Notes under the pieces: model-generated | What the model was told of the DNA's origin: nothing | Databases searched by the model: none | What the model saw: the letters and a program-made list of their open reading frames with translations, nothing else | Position numbers and translations under genes: made by a program | Shown: piece after piece, positions 1 to 13,095 of the stretch | How positions within the stretch are numbered: the stretch's first letter is position 1 | How the letters are laid out: each line of letters starts with the position of its first letter | From: Camelus ferus | Taxonomy: Eukaryota | NCBI RefSeq assembly: GCF_009834535.1 | Contig: NC_045707.1 | Span: 50,284,001-50,348,000 of the forward strand | DNA length: 64,000 bases | Direction of reading: 5' to 3'

Positions 1-469
1 ATAAGTGAAAAGCAGGAGACTTCAAAAATGAATAAGAAGCTAGTTCACAGGCTTATGCTCAGAATAAGACAAGGATGCTTACAAGTATATTATGATGCAG
101 AATATGATAAGTTCTACAATGTAGATATTAAGAGAGTGAAGTGGGCTTTCAAAAGCAGAACAGATATTTGAACATCAGAATTAGGCCTAATGGAGGGGGT
201 GGCAGTAGTGTTGCTTCTCAAAGGACAGGTAGAATTTTGACTGGTGAAGATGGGAAAGTCATATCCGGTGGAAAGAGAAGCATGGTAAAAATGTGGGTGT
301 GTTTGGGGAGGATTGAGAGGCCAAGTTTGAGAGATGAAAGCTGGGTGATACTGTGGAAGGAAAATAAGTAGCTGGGCCTTGTTTTTGTAGAAAAAGGGAA
401 GTCATTCGAGGTTTATGAGTACAGAGAAGCATGATCAGAGGACTTCTTTGGAGGGAAGAGTCATTGATC

Positions 470-640
470 CTTTGAGCAATTATGTGCTAGGTACTTTAAC
501 TTACATTATTTTATATACCCCTGAAATGAACCAGCATTATATGGAGCAAACTGAGGATTAGAAGGTTTGGGAAAATCGCCCCAGATCACACAACTAGAAA
601 GAGATGAAACTGCGATTTGAATATAAATCTATCTGGTTGT
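470..640 (-). mobile_element. MIR SINE, degraded
   Basis: AAACTGAGGATTAGAAGGTTTGGGAAAATCGCCCCAGATCACACAACTAG resembles the reverse-complemented MIR core. Confidence 0.7.
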
Positions 641-659
641 GAAATTTTATTTCCCCAGT

Positions 660-1150
660 AGTAGTGTTTACAATCATCCATGTGAGAAGAAACAAGAGCT
701 TGAATGAGGTTGGAGGCAATGAGAATAAAAGGAGATGAATGTTAAGGAAGATGGTTCGAAATCATATGTTGGAAATGGGTCCTGGGAAACCTCTCAATGA
801 GATTTATGAGTGGAGGGGAGGAGAGATAAAAGAGGGGAAGAAGTCAGTGATGACTGAGGTTTTCACCTAGTAGAACAGTGGCGCCTTTAATAGAAGCTGA
901 GGAGTTGGGTGGAAGAACTGGTTTTGTAGAGGAAGAGAATGAAATTGGTTTTGAAGATGCTTGCTTTGAGGTGTTGGAGGGACATCCAGATATCCAGCTA
1001 GAAGACTACCCTGCAGGTCTGAGCTCTTGGCCCAAGAACTGGGAGCAATCCATGTAAAGGTGACTGTTCAGTTGGATGATATCATTGGGGGAAGAGATGG
1101 AAGGGCCAACCAAGGTTAGGCACTGGGTTTCAGAGTAAAAAGAGCCAACA
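660..1150 (-). mobile_element. L2 LINE fragment, degraded
   Basis: Purine-rich L2-like motifs, e.g. GATGACTGAGGTTTTCACC and TTTGAGGTGTTGGAGGGACATCCAG. A similar segment lies at about 1-450. Confidence 0.55.
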
Positions 1151-2349
1151 AATGATTCAATTCTTATTTTTTTGAAAATATAGCCACAGTAAGAGAAAAC
1201 AAGTGTTTAATTAACAATAATATCCAAGAGCCTTGAGGATATGGGTTTTTAAATGTTCCACAGTGACTCCCATACTCTCTCGTGTGTTTGTTTGAATAAC
1301 TTTTGGGTTATTTGCATATGTGACCTAGAATGGCTCCTTGGCATCACAATAGTGTTGCTATGTGTTGATGCCTCAGTCCGTCGTATCTATGAGGCTTGGG
1401 GTGTTTCTGGATGTGCACTGATGACTCAGACAGAGGCACTCCTGTTTGGGAATCTTTGAGCAACATCTCCAAAAGCCCTGCCTTTTTTCCCCCTCATCTT
1501 TTCCATTTAGTTCCTGGAGGAGAACATAATGATGTCTGGGGTCCCGAGTAGGAAGGTACTTTGGGATAAGGCACGGTCAAAACTTTAACCCCACTGGACT
1601 CTGAGAGCTTGGATCTGTCCCTCTCTTAGTAAAGAGCTGGAAAACCAGTTCAATCCACTTTGGAGAGGTTATGGAGGAAGACAAATTCAAGCAAGTGATT
1701 CATAGATTACAAGTATCATGAAAAACAGGAAACAAGGAAGTAACACTATAATCAATCCTAACAAATGGTAAGTGAATCCTCCCCTCACCGGTGGCAAAAA
1801 TTGGCTGTGAAGAGTCATGGTGTCCCTTCTAAAGCATCAACATTATTGAATTTATGAAGTGCTGGTTCATGGTGTTTCATTTGCCTTCCCTGCTTTAATT
1901 TTTCCCTCTACATTCTTGTGTTCTTTCCTCAGTTCACTTGTTCATGGGCTTTGTTTGGGTCCCTGCCTGGCACAGAGTGAACATTCAATACATTCTGTTG
2001 AATCCTTCAGGTCAAAAGTCTACTTCTCCATCAATTCATTCATTCTTTCTCTTATTGGATATCTATTGAGTATTCATTATGTACCAGATTCTGTGCCAGT
2101 TCTTAAGGACAAAAAGATGAATCCAAAGCTGTTACTTTCCTAATGAAGCTCATAACCTAGTGGCACAGCAGTGACAAACAGAGTTAAGTTCCACTGGGTC
2201 AGCTTAATCACAGATCTCTGCACACTTGACACGGGCTGTAGTGGGGAGGATGGAGAGGAGGAGGGGCAGGGAGAGGTCAGAGGAGGCTTCCGGAAGAAGG
2301 AAGCCTCCCTTCCTGTACTTCAGAGATCTCCCGGTATTGATTATTTTTT

Positions 2350-3245
2350 TGCTCTTTCTTATCTTAGACCTCTTCCTCTCTAGTGCGTCTTTCCCACCAA
2401 ACTTTACACTTGTTCAAGCTTCTGCTGTCGTGAGAAAAACAACTCTCCTTGGTCCAACATCCCTTTAGTTACTTTTCTCAACTACTTTTTCCTTCTCTCT
2501 TGCCTTTCACTTCCAAATCCACTGAATTCTGGCCCTCATCTTCACCCTTCCCTCAAATTGCTCTCAGTAAAGTGGCATCTTAGTCACTAAACCCAATGGA
2601 GAATTTCTAGAACTCTTATTTGTCTTCCTGGTTACATTTGCTGCAATCAACACACCATTCATGATCCTCCTTGGCTTCTCTCACCCCCCAACTCTCCTGG
2701 TTTTCCTTCTGCTTCCCTGACTGCCCCTTCTCACTCTGTAATAGACTCCTCTCCTTACAGAGTATCATTTAAAGGTTGGTACTTGTTGGAATTCCTGTCT
2801 TCTTGAGAAAATTTGTCTACTCTTATGATTCTAGTACTATTTTTATCATGATGATTCCGGTAAATTTCCCCAGCCAGGATCAATGTTCTGAGCAACAGAC
2901 TTTTATTTCCGCATTTCTTTATCTATTCAACAATTATTTACTGGTGCCCACTATGACCAAACACTGTTTTAGAGTGACAGACTCAGCAGTAAACAAAGTC
3001 CTTGCCTATGTAGTATTTGTATTCTAGTAAAAAAGATAATTCTCTCTCTCTCTCACACACACATACACTCTATCAATGGAGAAAAATAAGGAGACTAGGG
3101 AGTGCTGGAGTAGAAGATTTTGCCCATTATTTAGGGGGAGTCAGAAGATGATAATTAAGCAGAGAGTTGAATGAAGAGAGGGCAGGGGATGAGCCAATGC
3201 AGATAACTGGGGGAAGAGCTCAACTGTGAGAGGAACGAGCAAGAC
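2350..3245. mobile_element. Two opposed L2 fragments (+ ~2350-2910, - ~2920-3245)
   Basis: Pyrimidine-rich L2 internal sequence, then ATTCAACAATTATTTACTGGTGCCCACTATGACCAAACACTG (reverse L2 3' end). Confidence 0.55.
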
Positions 3246-3529
3246 GAAAGGGTTGTTACCATCATTCTCCATCATCCTTGCCTACGGTGAGTAAGACATC
3301 CCAGATGATGAGACTCTTCTACTGGGGACCAGAGGTGGGTCACTGGGGGAACAAGTGACTAGTGTCACTTCTATATTTTTCCTTCTTCCCCTTATACTCA
3401 ACAAATGCTCTTTCTTTTCTTGCTTCATGATGCTGAATCACACAGGTGGGCTAGGAAGAATTGAAATAGTCTCTGTAAATTACTGGCTATCCCAGAAGCC
3501 ATTTGGCAACAATTATCTTCCCCCACAAA

Positions 3530-4308
3530 ACCCCTCCTCCACCCCTGTTCTCACCCACAGTGACGGGGATTGTCATCCACCCTGTTGCCCAAGCCAGAAA
3601 CACAGGCATCACCCTCCCTTACCCCCAATAGCTTATTCATCACCAAGTTCCTGTAGGTGGCCTTTTCTCTCAAATCTATCCACTTCCCTCCATCTCTGTC
3701 TCCTCCGCATAAAACCAGTTACTGTTATCTCTGATCTGGATTACCGCCCTGGACTCCCTGCTGGTTTCCTCTCATCTTGTGAGCCCCTCCTCCAATCTAT
3801 TATCTGTAGGCCAGCTGAGGAGATGTCTTTAAACAGAAACCTAACTTTAAACTTCTATGGCTCCTTATTACAGGAAAAGATCCTATACTGCCCCCAGCAT
3901 GCCATACTTCAGTGAAACAGAGCTATTTTGGATCCCTCAGAAGAACCATGTTCCTTCTAACACGTGTGTGCCTCGATGTTATCATGCTAGTCCCTTTGTC
4001 TGGAGTGTCCTCCCCTCCCTCACTCCCATTTACCTGGCTAACTCCTATTCACACTTCGAGTCTTGACTTGGATGTCACTTCCTCCAGAAAACTTCCAGCT
4101 TTGGTTCAGTGTCTGTTTTAGATGCATCAGCCCTCCTCCAGTCATTGTACTTGTCACTGAGCCATACTCATTTGTTTAATTGCCTGTACCCTGACAACAG
4201 TGTGTGTTCTGTGAAAGTGGGGACTGCATGAGTCCATTTTATCCCCATAGTCTCATCTCTGTCACAGAGTGGATGTTTGATAGTTATTTCTTGGATGAAT
4301 GAATGAGC
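3530..4308 (+). mobile_element. L2 LINE 3' region
   Basis: CATCCACCCTGTTGCCCAAGCCAGAAAC ... GATGTCACTTCCTCCAGAAAAC ..., ending in GGATGAATGAATGAG, the typical L2 tail. Confidence 0.7.
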
Positions 4309-4740
4309 AAATGAAGTGGGATGAGAGCAAAATTAAAAGATGAATACAAGTTACCCAGACAAAGGGGCAGTGAAAATAGAGTGTTCTGAGCTGAAAGTAC
4401 AGCTTGAATACAGACACAAGTGAGAAACATGGTGAATGAATCCGGTGTTTCTGGGTTATTAGCTTGATTATGGAATTAGCAAGGAACTTCAGAGGTAGTT
4501 TTGAGAGACCAGCCAAATTGTGGCAGTTTGTGGGTCAGGTTAAGAGGTTTAGATTTGCTCTTGTATGAGAAACAATGAGGAGCTTACAAGGTCTCCTTTT
4601 AGATATTTAATGTGGGCAGCTCTATGAAGATGGAATTTGAGGGCAGCAAGAATGGAGACCAGAAAGAGTGGCTAGGAGGCGTTCTATTGCTTTCTGCCTC
4701 TGCCTTAAAATATAACAAATGGTTTTTCATCCCAACTGCT

Positions 4741-5370
4741 TTTATTATTATTATTATTTTTAATTTTTCTTTTTTAAAAATTTATTTATGCATTTATTTT
4801 ACAATACATTTAAAAATTGAAGTATAGTTGATGTATAATATTATATGTTATAGGTATACAATATAGTAATTCATAATTTTTAAAGGTTATAGTCCATTAT
4901 AGTTATTATAAAATATTGGCTATGTTCCCCATGTTGTACATCTTTGTAGTTTATTTTGTACCTGTTAGTTTGTACCTCTTAATTCTCCACCTCCATCTTG
5001 CCCCTTCCCCTACTCTCTCCCCACTGGTAACCACTAGTTCCTTCTCTATATCTGTGAGTCTGTTTCTTTTCTGTTATATTCTCTAGTTTGTTGTATTTTT
5101 TTAGGTTCCATATGTAAGTGATATCTTACAGTATTTGTCTTTCTCTGTCTGACTCTTCACTTAGCATAATGCCCTCCAAGTCCATTCATGCTGTACACCA
5201 GAAACTAATACAACATTTTAAATCAACTGTACTTCAATTAAAAAGCAAACAAACAACCAACCCATTTAAATTATGGGCAGAAGAACTGAACAGACATTTT
5301 TCCAAAAAAGGAAATGCAAATGGCCAACAGGAACATGAAAAGTTGCTCAACATCACTAGTATCAGGAAAT
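4741..5370 (-). mobile_element. L1 insertion: 3' end on - strand with an inverted (+) ORF2-derived segment
   Basis: T-rich tail and L1 3'UTR at 4741-5193. A + strand ORF2-end sequence lies at 5245-5370 (ATGGGCAGAAGAACTGAACAGACATTTTTCC). Flanking near-direct repeat TTTCATCCCAACTGCT (4725-4740) / TTTCATCCTAACTTCT (5370-5385). Confidence 0.8.
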
Positions 5371-5398
5371 TTCATCCTAACTTCTAATGTTAAAATTT

Positions 5399-6004
5399 TA
5401 TGGTAGTCAGAAATCTAAAATGGCCCCCAGGACCTCTGCTCCCTGGTGTTACTTCTTGATTATGTTACATTACAAGGCAAAAGTGGTTTTTGTAGATGAA
5501 ATTAAGTTGATTTATCAGTTTTCCTTAAAATAGTGAGATATCTGGGCTGACCTAACAAGATCATATAACTTCTTTAAAAAGTAGAGTTTTCTCTGGCTGA
5601 TTGCAGAAGTCAGAGAGAAGTAAAGCATCAGAGGGATTCAACATGAAGGAAATTCTCTTGTTGACACCAAAGATGAAGGGACTGTTGAGGGAAGGAACCC
5701 AGTGACCTACAAGAGCTAAGAGAGGTCCCTTGCTGAGAGCCAGCAAGGAAGCAGGATCTCAGTACTATGACTGCAAGGAAATGAATTCAGTCAGTGACAA
5801 TGTGAGCATGAAAGTGGATTGTTTCTCAGAGTTTAAATAAGAACTCAACCTGGTCCACCCTTTGATTTCAGCCCTATCCTACTGAAGAAGCAGACCCAAT
5901 TGTGCCATGCTGGACTTCTTATCCATTACTATGAGCTAATAAATAGGTGCTTTAAACCATTAAGTTGGTGGAACTTTGTTTTGCAGCAGTAGCAAGCTAA
6001 TACA
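5399..6004 (+). mobile_element. MaLR solo LTR (MLT1D/E-like)
   Basis: Starts TATGGTAGTCAGAAATCTAAAATGGCCCC and ends GCAGCAGTAGCAAGCTAATACA. 5-bp TSD AATTT at 5394-5398 and 6005-6009. Confidence 0.85.
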
Positions 6005-6129
6005 AATTTCAGCAAGATACTCTCGTATGACTGTCCATTGTTCATGGAAGAGTTTTAGCCACATCTTTTGTTTTAGAAACAAGTCTTTTTAGACAGATTG
6101 TAACACAAAGGTAGCAAACACTAGGACCT

Positions 6130-6325
6130 CACAGAGTGCCAAATACCATGTTGAACACTTGACAATGGACATCTCACTTAACACTCACTACTGCCTTGTG
6201 AGAAGTGAGATTGACTATACCTATTTTATATATGAACCAACTGAAGCTCAGAGAAGCTACAACTTGTCCAGGGTCATTCAAACAGCAGCTGGCAGATCTG
6301 GAACTTGACCTCAGGTTGCCTTACT
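6130..6325 (-). mobile_element. MIR SINE
   Basis: AACTGAAGCTCAGAGAAGCTACAACTTGTCCAGGGTCA resembles the reverse MIR core. Confidence 0.7.
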
Positions 6326-7839
6326 CCATCATATAGACAGACTTGTCAAAAGGTCTAGCGATTGCATTAGTACTCACACATTTAGATCCCATTTTCTCTG
6401 AGAAGGATTTGATGGGCTGGATTATAAACTATAGGACCAGACAATGGGAAAGATTTTCAGGTTCAGTTTGTGCAGTTTCTGTCTGAGGTAAATTAGGGAA
6501 TCACCTTGGGCATAGTATCAATTTGCTCTCTTCTGTATTTTCTTATAATTAGACAAGGAGAAGGAAGAAGAAAATGAAAAGTAGTTGCAGGGAAATGGTT
6601 AGAATTAATAAAAAAAAATGGGCTTGATGTGGGTTTAAAGGCTGTTTGGTCACAGATGTATTCAATTTAGCAATCCCCTGTTTCATGTCCATTCAAGCAC
6701 GGACAGGTGTCCTTTTTTTCATGTGTTAGAGAACGCTTGAGGCTGTCTGCCTTGTGCCAAGAAAAAAAAAAGCAATTAAATATTTTAATATTTCCTGCCT
6801 ATAAACTGCTCTCTGTTTTATTACTTCAAATGTACTGGATTTAAAAGGAGGTGTGAAAGACTCCTGAGCCATTAATAAAAGGCTGCAGCTGCTCAAGGAG
6901 AATAATGCTATGCATTTTTCAAAGGCATGATTTCCGTCTAAGCACCTCCATCCGCAGACTGATGATTTATGACAGTCCTGAAACTGATACAGAAGTGTGA
7001 GGCAAACAGTTATGGTGCTTCCGGAATTTATTTGGGCAGAATACAGACAATGAGTTCTTTTCCTTGGGGAAAGTATAAAGGAAAAAAGGGAAAAAATATG
7101 AAAGCTGCCGTTCAGAAGTGATGGTGCAAAGTAGAGCCAGCACACGGTAAAGCAAATCTTTTCCTAGATTCAGAGGTGGATTTCTTATGGTTTGGGTTGT
7201 GAGATTCCTGTTCTTGGATGAACAGAATAAACAGTAGGGAGTTAGTGACTGATTTGAGTCTTTGAAGGCTTCCAGAAGAGACACATCCTAAAGTTAAAAG
7301 GTAAAAACCACAATGTGCTTCTATCTTTTCTTACAATCAACTAAAAGGGACCAAAGTATCATTTCCCAAAGATCTTTAACTTTATTTTTCAAAGAAAGAT
7401 TCATTTTTTCTTCTCAGGGGTGGTGTGTAACAGAAGTCAAAGGATGAGGGATGTTGGAGATTCAGCTCAACCGAGCAAGCTTTTGTTAAGTGATGGTGCG
7501 TGCAAGTCCCTGCGTGGTGCTGGAAGGATGTAAAGAAAGCCCCTGTCCTCACTCTTTGTCTTATGCAGATAACTTGGCCTTCTGTATGGACACCTTAACA
7601 TCTTTGTGCTGGGAAGATGTTTCTTAAACCTTAGCCATTTCCTTGCCACTTTTGCAATTTTGACTGTGAGCCACCTTATTATTTACTTCCTTATTTTATT
7701 TACTTCTTTAAATAATTCAGCCCATGGTTTAAATTCAGCCTCCTCTTAAGCAATAGATATCTGTGAAATCACAGGTCTAGTGTACTAGTTAAATAAATCT
7801 TTTCAAATGTATCTTCAAATAAATAAAGCTTAACAGCAT

Positions 7840-8128
7840 TCTACCCAAAACCACTGGGTCCAGAAGTATTTACACATTTAGAACATTTTTAGGTCTTACA
7901 ACAAAAATAAGGTGCATGTACTGAAAATTATGTAACGCCACAATGGGGGTACGGGTAACATATTATAATCAAACAACACTTCCACAGAGAGGCATGAATA
8001 TTTGCGAAAGATAGAATGTGGAATGAATAGAGGTGTAAATAGCTTCGTATCAGTTCAGATCTGTTGGAAAACTGGTTTTCATAGCTATGTGGATTTCATA
8101 ACTGCAGATAAAGAACTGTGGACTGTAA
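7840..8128. mobile_element. TcMar-Tigger family non-autonomous element, degraded
   Basis: Ends GGATTTCATAACTGCAGATAAAGAACTGTGGACTGTA, which resembles a Tigger-type terminus with TA. Confidence 0.45.
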
Positions 8129-8234
8129 GTAGCATTTTAGAAAGTTTGTATACCGCAGAAAACAGAATTGTCCACAATGTTCAAGGTGTGAATTATATAA
8201 CCTTTCTTTTATATATGGGCTAAACTTCAAAAAA

Positions 8235-8605
8235 AAAGACACTTCTTTTAGTTGAAGGATGACATACATTGAATAAGAACTTAAAGAGCACTGATCTAAG
8301 CACACAGCCCAAATGACTTTTCACGTGGACATATGTACCTACACAACCACCACCCAGATGGAACACAGAACACTTCTGGCACCCAGAATTTTTTTCTGTT
8401 CCTTTTCAGTCAGTACTCCTCCCAGCTCCCACGCGATGATAACCACTCTTTTGAGTTCTATGCGTGAGTTCATATAAATGGAACCATATGACATATACTC
8501 TTACATCTGGCTTCTTTCACTTAGCAAAATGGCTGTGTGATGCTTTCATGTTATTGTTTTATCAATAGTTTGTGCCTTTTTATTGTTGTATACTATTCCT
8601 GTATT
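8235..8605 (-). mobile_element. Old L1M 3' fragment
   Basis: CATATAAATGGAACCATATGACATATACTC ... TCTGGCTTCTTTCACTTAGCAAAATG, typical of a reverse L1 3'UTR. Confidence 0.7.
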
Positions 8606-11600
8606 AATTTTTTTAATTTCCTAGAAAGTTACATGTAAACATTTTAAGTTAATGCTTTCTTGGGATCGAAGTCTTCTCTTTTTCTTCAAAAGACAATCAC
8701 ATACAGAAAACTTGTATTGGGAAATTTGAAAGCAGCTGACATTTTTAATGCCGACTGAGACTGTATCCCTTCCAGCTGACATAGAAAACATGCTCATGTT
8801 GTGATGCTGTATATCAGTAGTGGTCAGACTCATCTCCCATCTTGTTTTTGCCACTTTGGTGAGTAGAAACCAGCTGTTAGTTAGCTTTGTCAAATAAAAT
8901 CAAGACCAGGAGATTTCAAGGAAATATTTTGACTTAATTTTTGCATAGTGTAAAACTTTAGAAAAGGAAATTAGAGTCCATAATGCTATACAGCTAAATT
9001 GTAAGACATGAAGACTTTTTAGAAAGGAATTTATACTAAATTTGGGATAGAGCTTTATGTTCAGGTGAACTCTTTGTGGAACGGAGTGAGTGGGGATGAG
9101 TTGGGAGCCATTGTGGGAAGTTTTTTGTTTTTGTTTTTTTAACTACCTCTTGAGTTCTCTTACAGCTTGGCTTCATTGAAAACATTTGAGTTGGTGTGAA
9201 TTACCGGAACATGAGAAGCACTCATTCTCAAAATACAAAAACACATTTCAGAAGCAAATAGAAAGAATTGTTAGACTTTTGCCTCTCTATACTGATATGG
9301 AGAGTTGAGAGCTGAATGGCTCAGGTCGAGTTAGAAACGAGTTTGCCTGGGTTCATCTAAAGGGTCACACTATGACCTTGACTAACACACTGAGCACTGG
9401 CTATAGAAACACTCACTAATTTTAAAAAATATATCAGAGGAGATGAAAATTTAGAAGTCTTGTATATGCATTTCGTTCACATTATCACATGAGAGGCAAA
9501 AGAACAAAATAACCTGTGGGTTTAAAATTCTATGTCCACCATTGACTACCTGTGCAATCTTAGTTAAGTACATTAATGTCTCTGATTCTCAGTTGTGATT
9601 TTGCTTGGTTTTTCTTTATAAGCAGCATTTTCATAAGTGACTGATCTCAGAAAGGACCATGCCAGTGAATTTTAAAGTAATAACTAAAGATGATTAGAGA
9701 GCCTCTCATTTCAGAGTGCAGAAAAGCCCTACCCTCAGTTACCTGGCTGATACAGCAGGTTTCTACAATATCTGTTTTTAGGGGCTCAAGGTATGTTGTG
9801 AAACATAACATTTCTCTGGGTCTTTCTTTAGCTGGCAGTTTGCAGGTCATATTCAATAAAGAGATCATACTTAGTGGGGATCATTTTCCCAAGAACTCAG
9901 CCAAAGACCGACAGAGCTGGCCATGGGATTGTGTTTCCTAGTCATTATTCCTTTGGTGGAGTACTGGGATAGTTCACAGAGAGTTAATTGTCTGAGAGGT
10001 TGAGTAGGTTTTCCCCCAAAGAGACAAAGGGGTGGGGCAAAGAAACCCCAGAGAGTATTCATTACATGCAATTGAAAGCTAATCATCTTTTCATGGATAA
10101 CTACTCTCCAGAAAGAACAAGCCAAGCCACTTAAAACCATCTACATCACTCACTGGTCAGTTAGGATCGTCATGCTGAAAAATATTGCTATGCTTAATTT
10201 ATTTGATTATATCTTGCTTTATAGACTGTCTGATGATTAGTGCAGGTTCAAATTCAGGGCCAGGGTTTATTTTTTTCCCCAATAGATTCTTTTTCTCTGC
10301 TCCCTTGCACAAATCTAAGGATATTTATCACAAGAGGAGTGTACTAAGGCTCCAAAAGAACACCAACTGAGTCGGAAACAAAATGAGCTTGACCTTGGTC
10401 TTTGTCAATAATTGCTTGATTCTATTGGCTCTGGTCTGGGAAAGGCAGGTAATAAAACACCAATTTGATTTTAAGAACACTGCCTGGAGATGAGAGAAAG
10501 GCCCTTCATAAAATATTTTCCATTTGTCCTGATACCTAGGACAAACATCTTTTTCTTCCTTTCTGCAAAAGTGACTAAAAAAATTCAGGTTTTCATGAAA
10601 AATTCTGAAAAATTTCACATCTAGCAAAGTGGTGTCTGATTTGGGCAAACTCCCTTATTCTAAAATATTTGGTGACTCATCTTTATTTTTGATTCTTATT
10701 TCTGTACTAGCAAATCACTTTATGATAAACTCTATAAATATTTATTGAAAATTAAATGATTCAGGCACTGTGCTTGGTGTTTCATGTATAAAAACAAAGA
10801 TGATCAAGTTGAATTCAAGTCTTCTATTGATAAGACTTATTGCCTGAATTTTGCTTCCTTAAAACCTTTTGCATCTCGGCCAAAAAACTATGTTTAAACA
10901 CAGAAATTCAGGTGAAGGGATCACCTCACTGTCTAATTTTAAAACCACATGGATGACATCTCTCTTTTGAGATGCTGAAATGGCAGAGTTATTTTGTTTT
11001 ACTAAAGGCGTATTTTCTTTTCCTTTTAAAGACATATAACATGATTGTTTTTGCTGGTAAAAGAATGAGTTGGGTTTTGGGATTTTTCATGACCAAGTTA
11101 AGTAACCCGGAGCCTTGGTGCTAACAATGAAAGTGAGATTCCCTTTCACAGAAGGGCTGGGCCATTTGGAGCTGATGATTCTGGTCTGGCTGATCCAACA
11201 GGTTTTTATTTCTCAAAGCTTTGAGCGCTGTGAGTCAGAGGGAGAGGAAGAGAGAGGGGGGACATGAGCTCACTAGAGAGAAGCTGGTATTAGAAAAGAA
11301 GGGAGAGATTGTTTTTTTGGACCCAAACCAGAGAAAGGAGTGGCTGTTATGGAAGCATGAAAGCATAAGCTGAGCTGTTTGTGAAGTTGGCTTCAGGGCC
11401 TCAAGGCTCATCTTCCACAGGGAGCCAAGTCATTGGCCACCAGCCCAAAGAGTGAGCTGGTTCTGGAATCTTTTTGCTCTTTGCTTTTCTCTGCCTGGAA
11501 ACTTGAGTTGAGAAGAGGGAGTCTCCCTTCTGGTCCTGACTCACCTACACCATACTTCGTTTCATACAAACGCTCTCCTCAGTGAGATCACAACTGATGA

Positions 11601-11877
11601 ACTCATCTGGATTCAGGAGCCAGAAGAGCTTTAGCACGTGAAGATCTGCCTGTGGGGCCCACGACATGGACTGCTGGATGCCCTGGTGCCATAGGCATGG
11701 TGCCACAGGAGTGTATGGGCACTTTCTCTGCCCACTCCCTACTCCCAATTTCAGTTAGTTAGTGGTCCAGATTCTCCCCAAACTAAACTTTTTACCAGAT
11801 TTGCTAATCAAATGAAAAATAGACTGAGGGTGAGATTTCATCTCTCTATTCTTATTAATGGAGGAATTATGAGAGGG

Positions 11878-12300
11878 TGTATATTAAGTAGGACCCATTT
11901 CACACAAGTAACAGAAATGCAACCTGAACTAACTTAGGCAAAAGGGAAGAGTTAAGCTCGGATGGGGTCTCCAGGATTACTGGAAACAGGGACCCCCTGG
12001 ATCTCCAAGTGTTCTCTCTCTTCTAGCTTTCATTTCTACTCCTTTCAATGTGTTTTCCTACAGGCCTCCTCCACAAGGTCACCATGCTTTTGGGCTCAGA
12101 TCCTAAGCCATGATAACAGAGAGGGATTGTCCCTTTTCATTAAATCCCAATTTTCAGAAGATTAAGAAAGGTCCAGTTCAGGCCAGACATAGGCTCGTTG
12201 ATCAGTGGATGGGTGGTTGTAACTGGTAGCTCTTACCTGGACCATATGGTGGTTTAAGGGAGGAGTACTTTCCAAAAGGAGATGGAAATAGGAGGGAGTG
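11878..12300. mobile_element. Old MaLR LTR (MLT1J/K-like)
   Basis: CAAGTAACAGAAATGCAACCTGAACTAACTTAGGCAAAAGGG, typical of old MLT1 termini. Confidence 0.5.
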
Positions 12301-12924
12301 TAGAGCTTGCCAAAAAAGGAAAAGGTACTGGGGACATAAAAGAATACAGCCTTGTTAAAGAACACAAAATGGAATGTAAGATATAAAAGGAGAAACTTTA
12401 GTTGAGTCTGGGTTTGAAAAATTCATAAACTTACATAACTAAACATTGACTAACTTAGAATTGATGGTATAAATTGATAATTAGGTCTCTTTGGTTAAAA
12501 TTTTAGCCTGTATTGTGGGAGGGAATATATAGCACTGAATGTTCATTTCATGGTGAGATCAAAAGCAAAAGAGAAAGAATTCTCTCCCTCACATTCATGA
12601 ACCACCAAAGTAAAGATAATTTGGCTCATTTCTTTTGAAAGACAGTGCAGCTCTCTGATGACTCAGTGCAAACTCTGGGTTAAATCCAGAGGTATCCAAT
12701 GCTCATAAATGGAGAATCTCTTAGTTTCATGGTTCTCGATTATCTGAAGATGGCTTTACTTCTAGAGGTGTCAGTCACTCAGGATTTTTATAAAACTTTA
12801 CCAAATTTAATTACTTTGTGGGATGCCTAAAACTATACCTACAAATGGGCAACATAGGATTTCATTTCATGGTTTTCTCTAAATGTTTACTGTTTGCCAT
12901 CTATGTAATTTTTATGTTTTAATG

Positions 12925-13095
12925 GATTTTTAAAGAAAACTAAAGTATATTTGATTTACAAATTATTAGTTTCAGCTGTACAACACAGTGATTCAATATT
13001 TTTGCAGATTATACTCCATTATATATTTTTACAAGACAACGGCTGCAACTCCCTGTGCTATACAATATATTCTTATTGCTTACCTATTTTATACT
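12925..13095 (-). mobile_element. Short L1 3' end
   Basis: TTGATTTACAAATTATTAGTTTCAGCTGTACAACACAGTGATTC ... CCCTGTGCTATACAA; same family as the copies at 42.2 and 56.8 kb. Confidence 0.75.

Noticed and set aside
3355..3915. Longest ORF (186 aa)
   Set aside because: It lies largely in degraded L2 sequence, has no recognisable domain and lacks an ATG start.
7497..7516. Two adjacent GCGTG (AHR core) motifs
   Set aside because: Neither matches the fuller TNGCGTG consensus; too weak alone.
11545..11649. Minus-strand exon candidate (CCCCACAG ... TAG|GTGAGT, 105 nt)
   Set aside because: The polypyrimidine tract is weak, all three frames contain a stop, and I found no partner exons.
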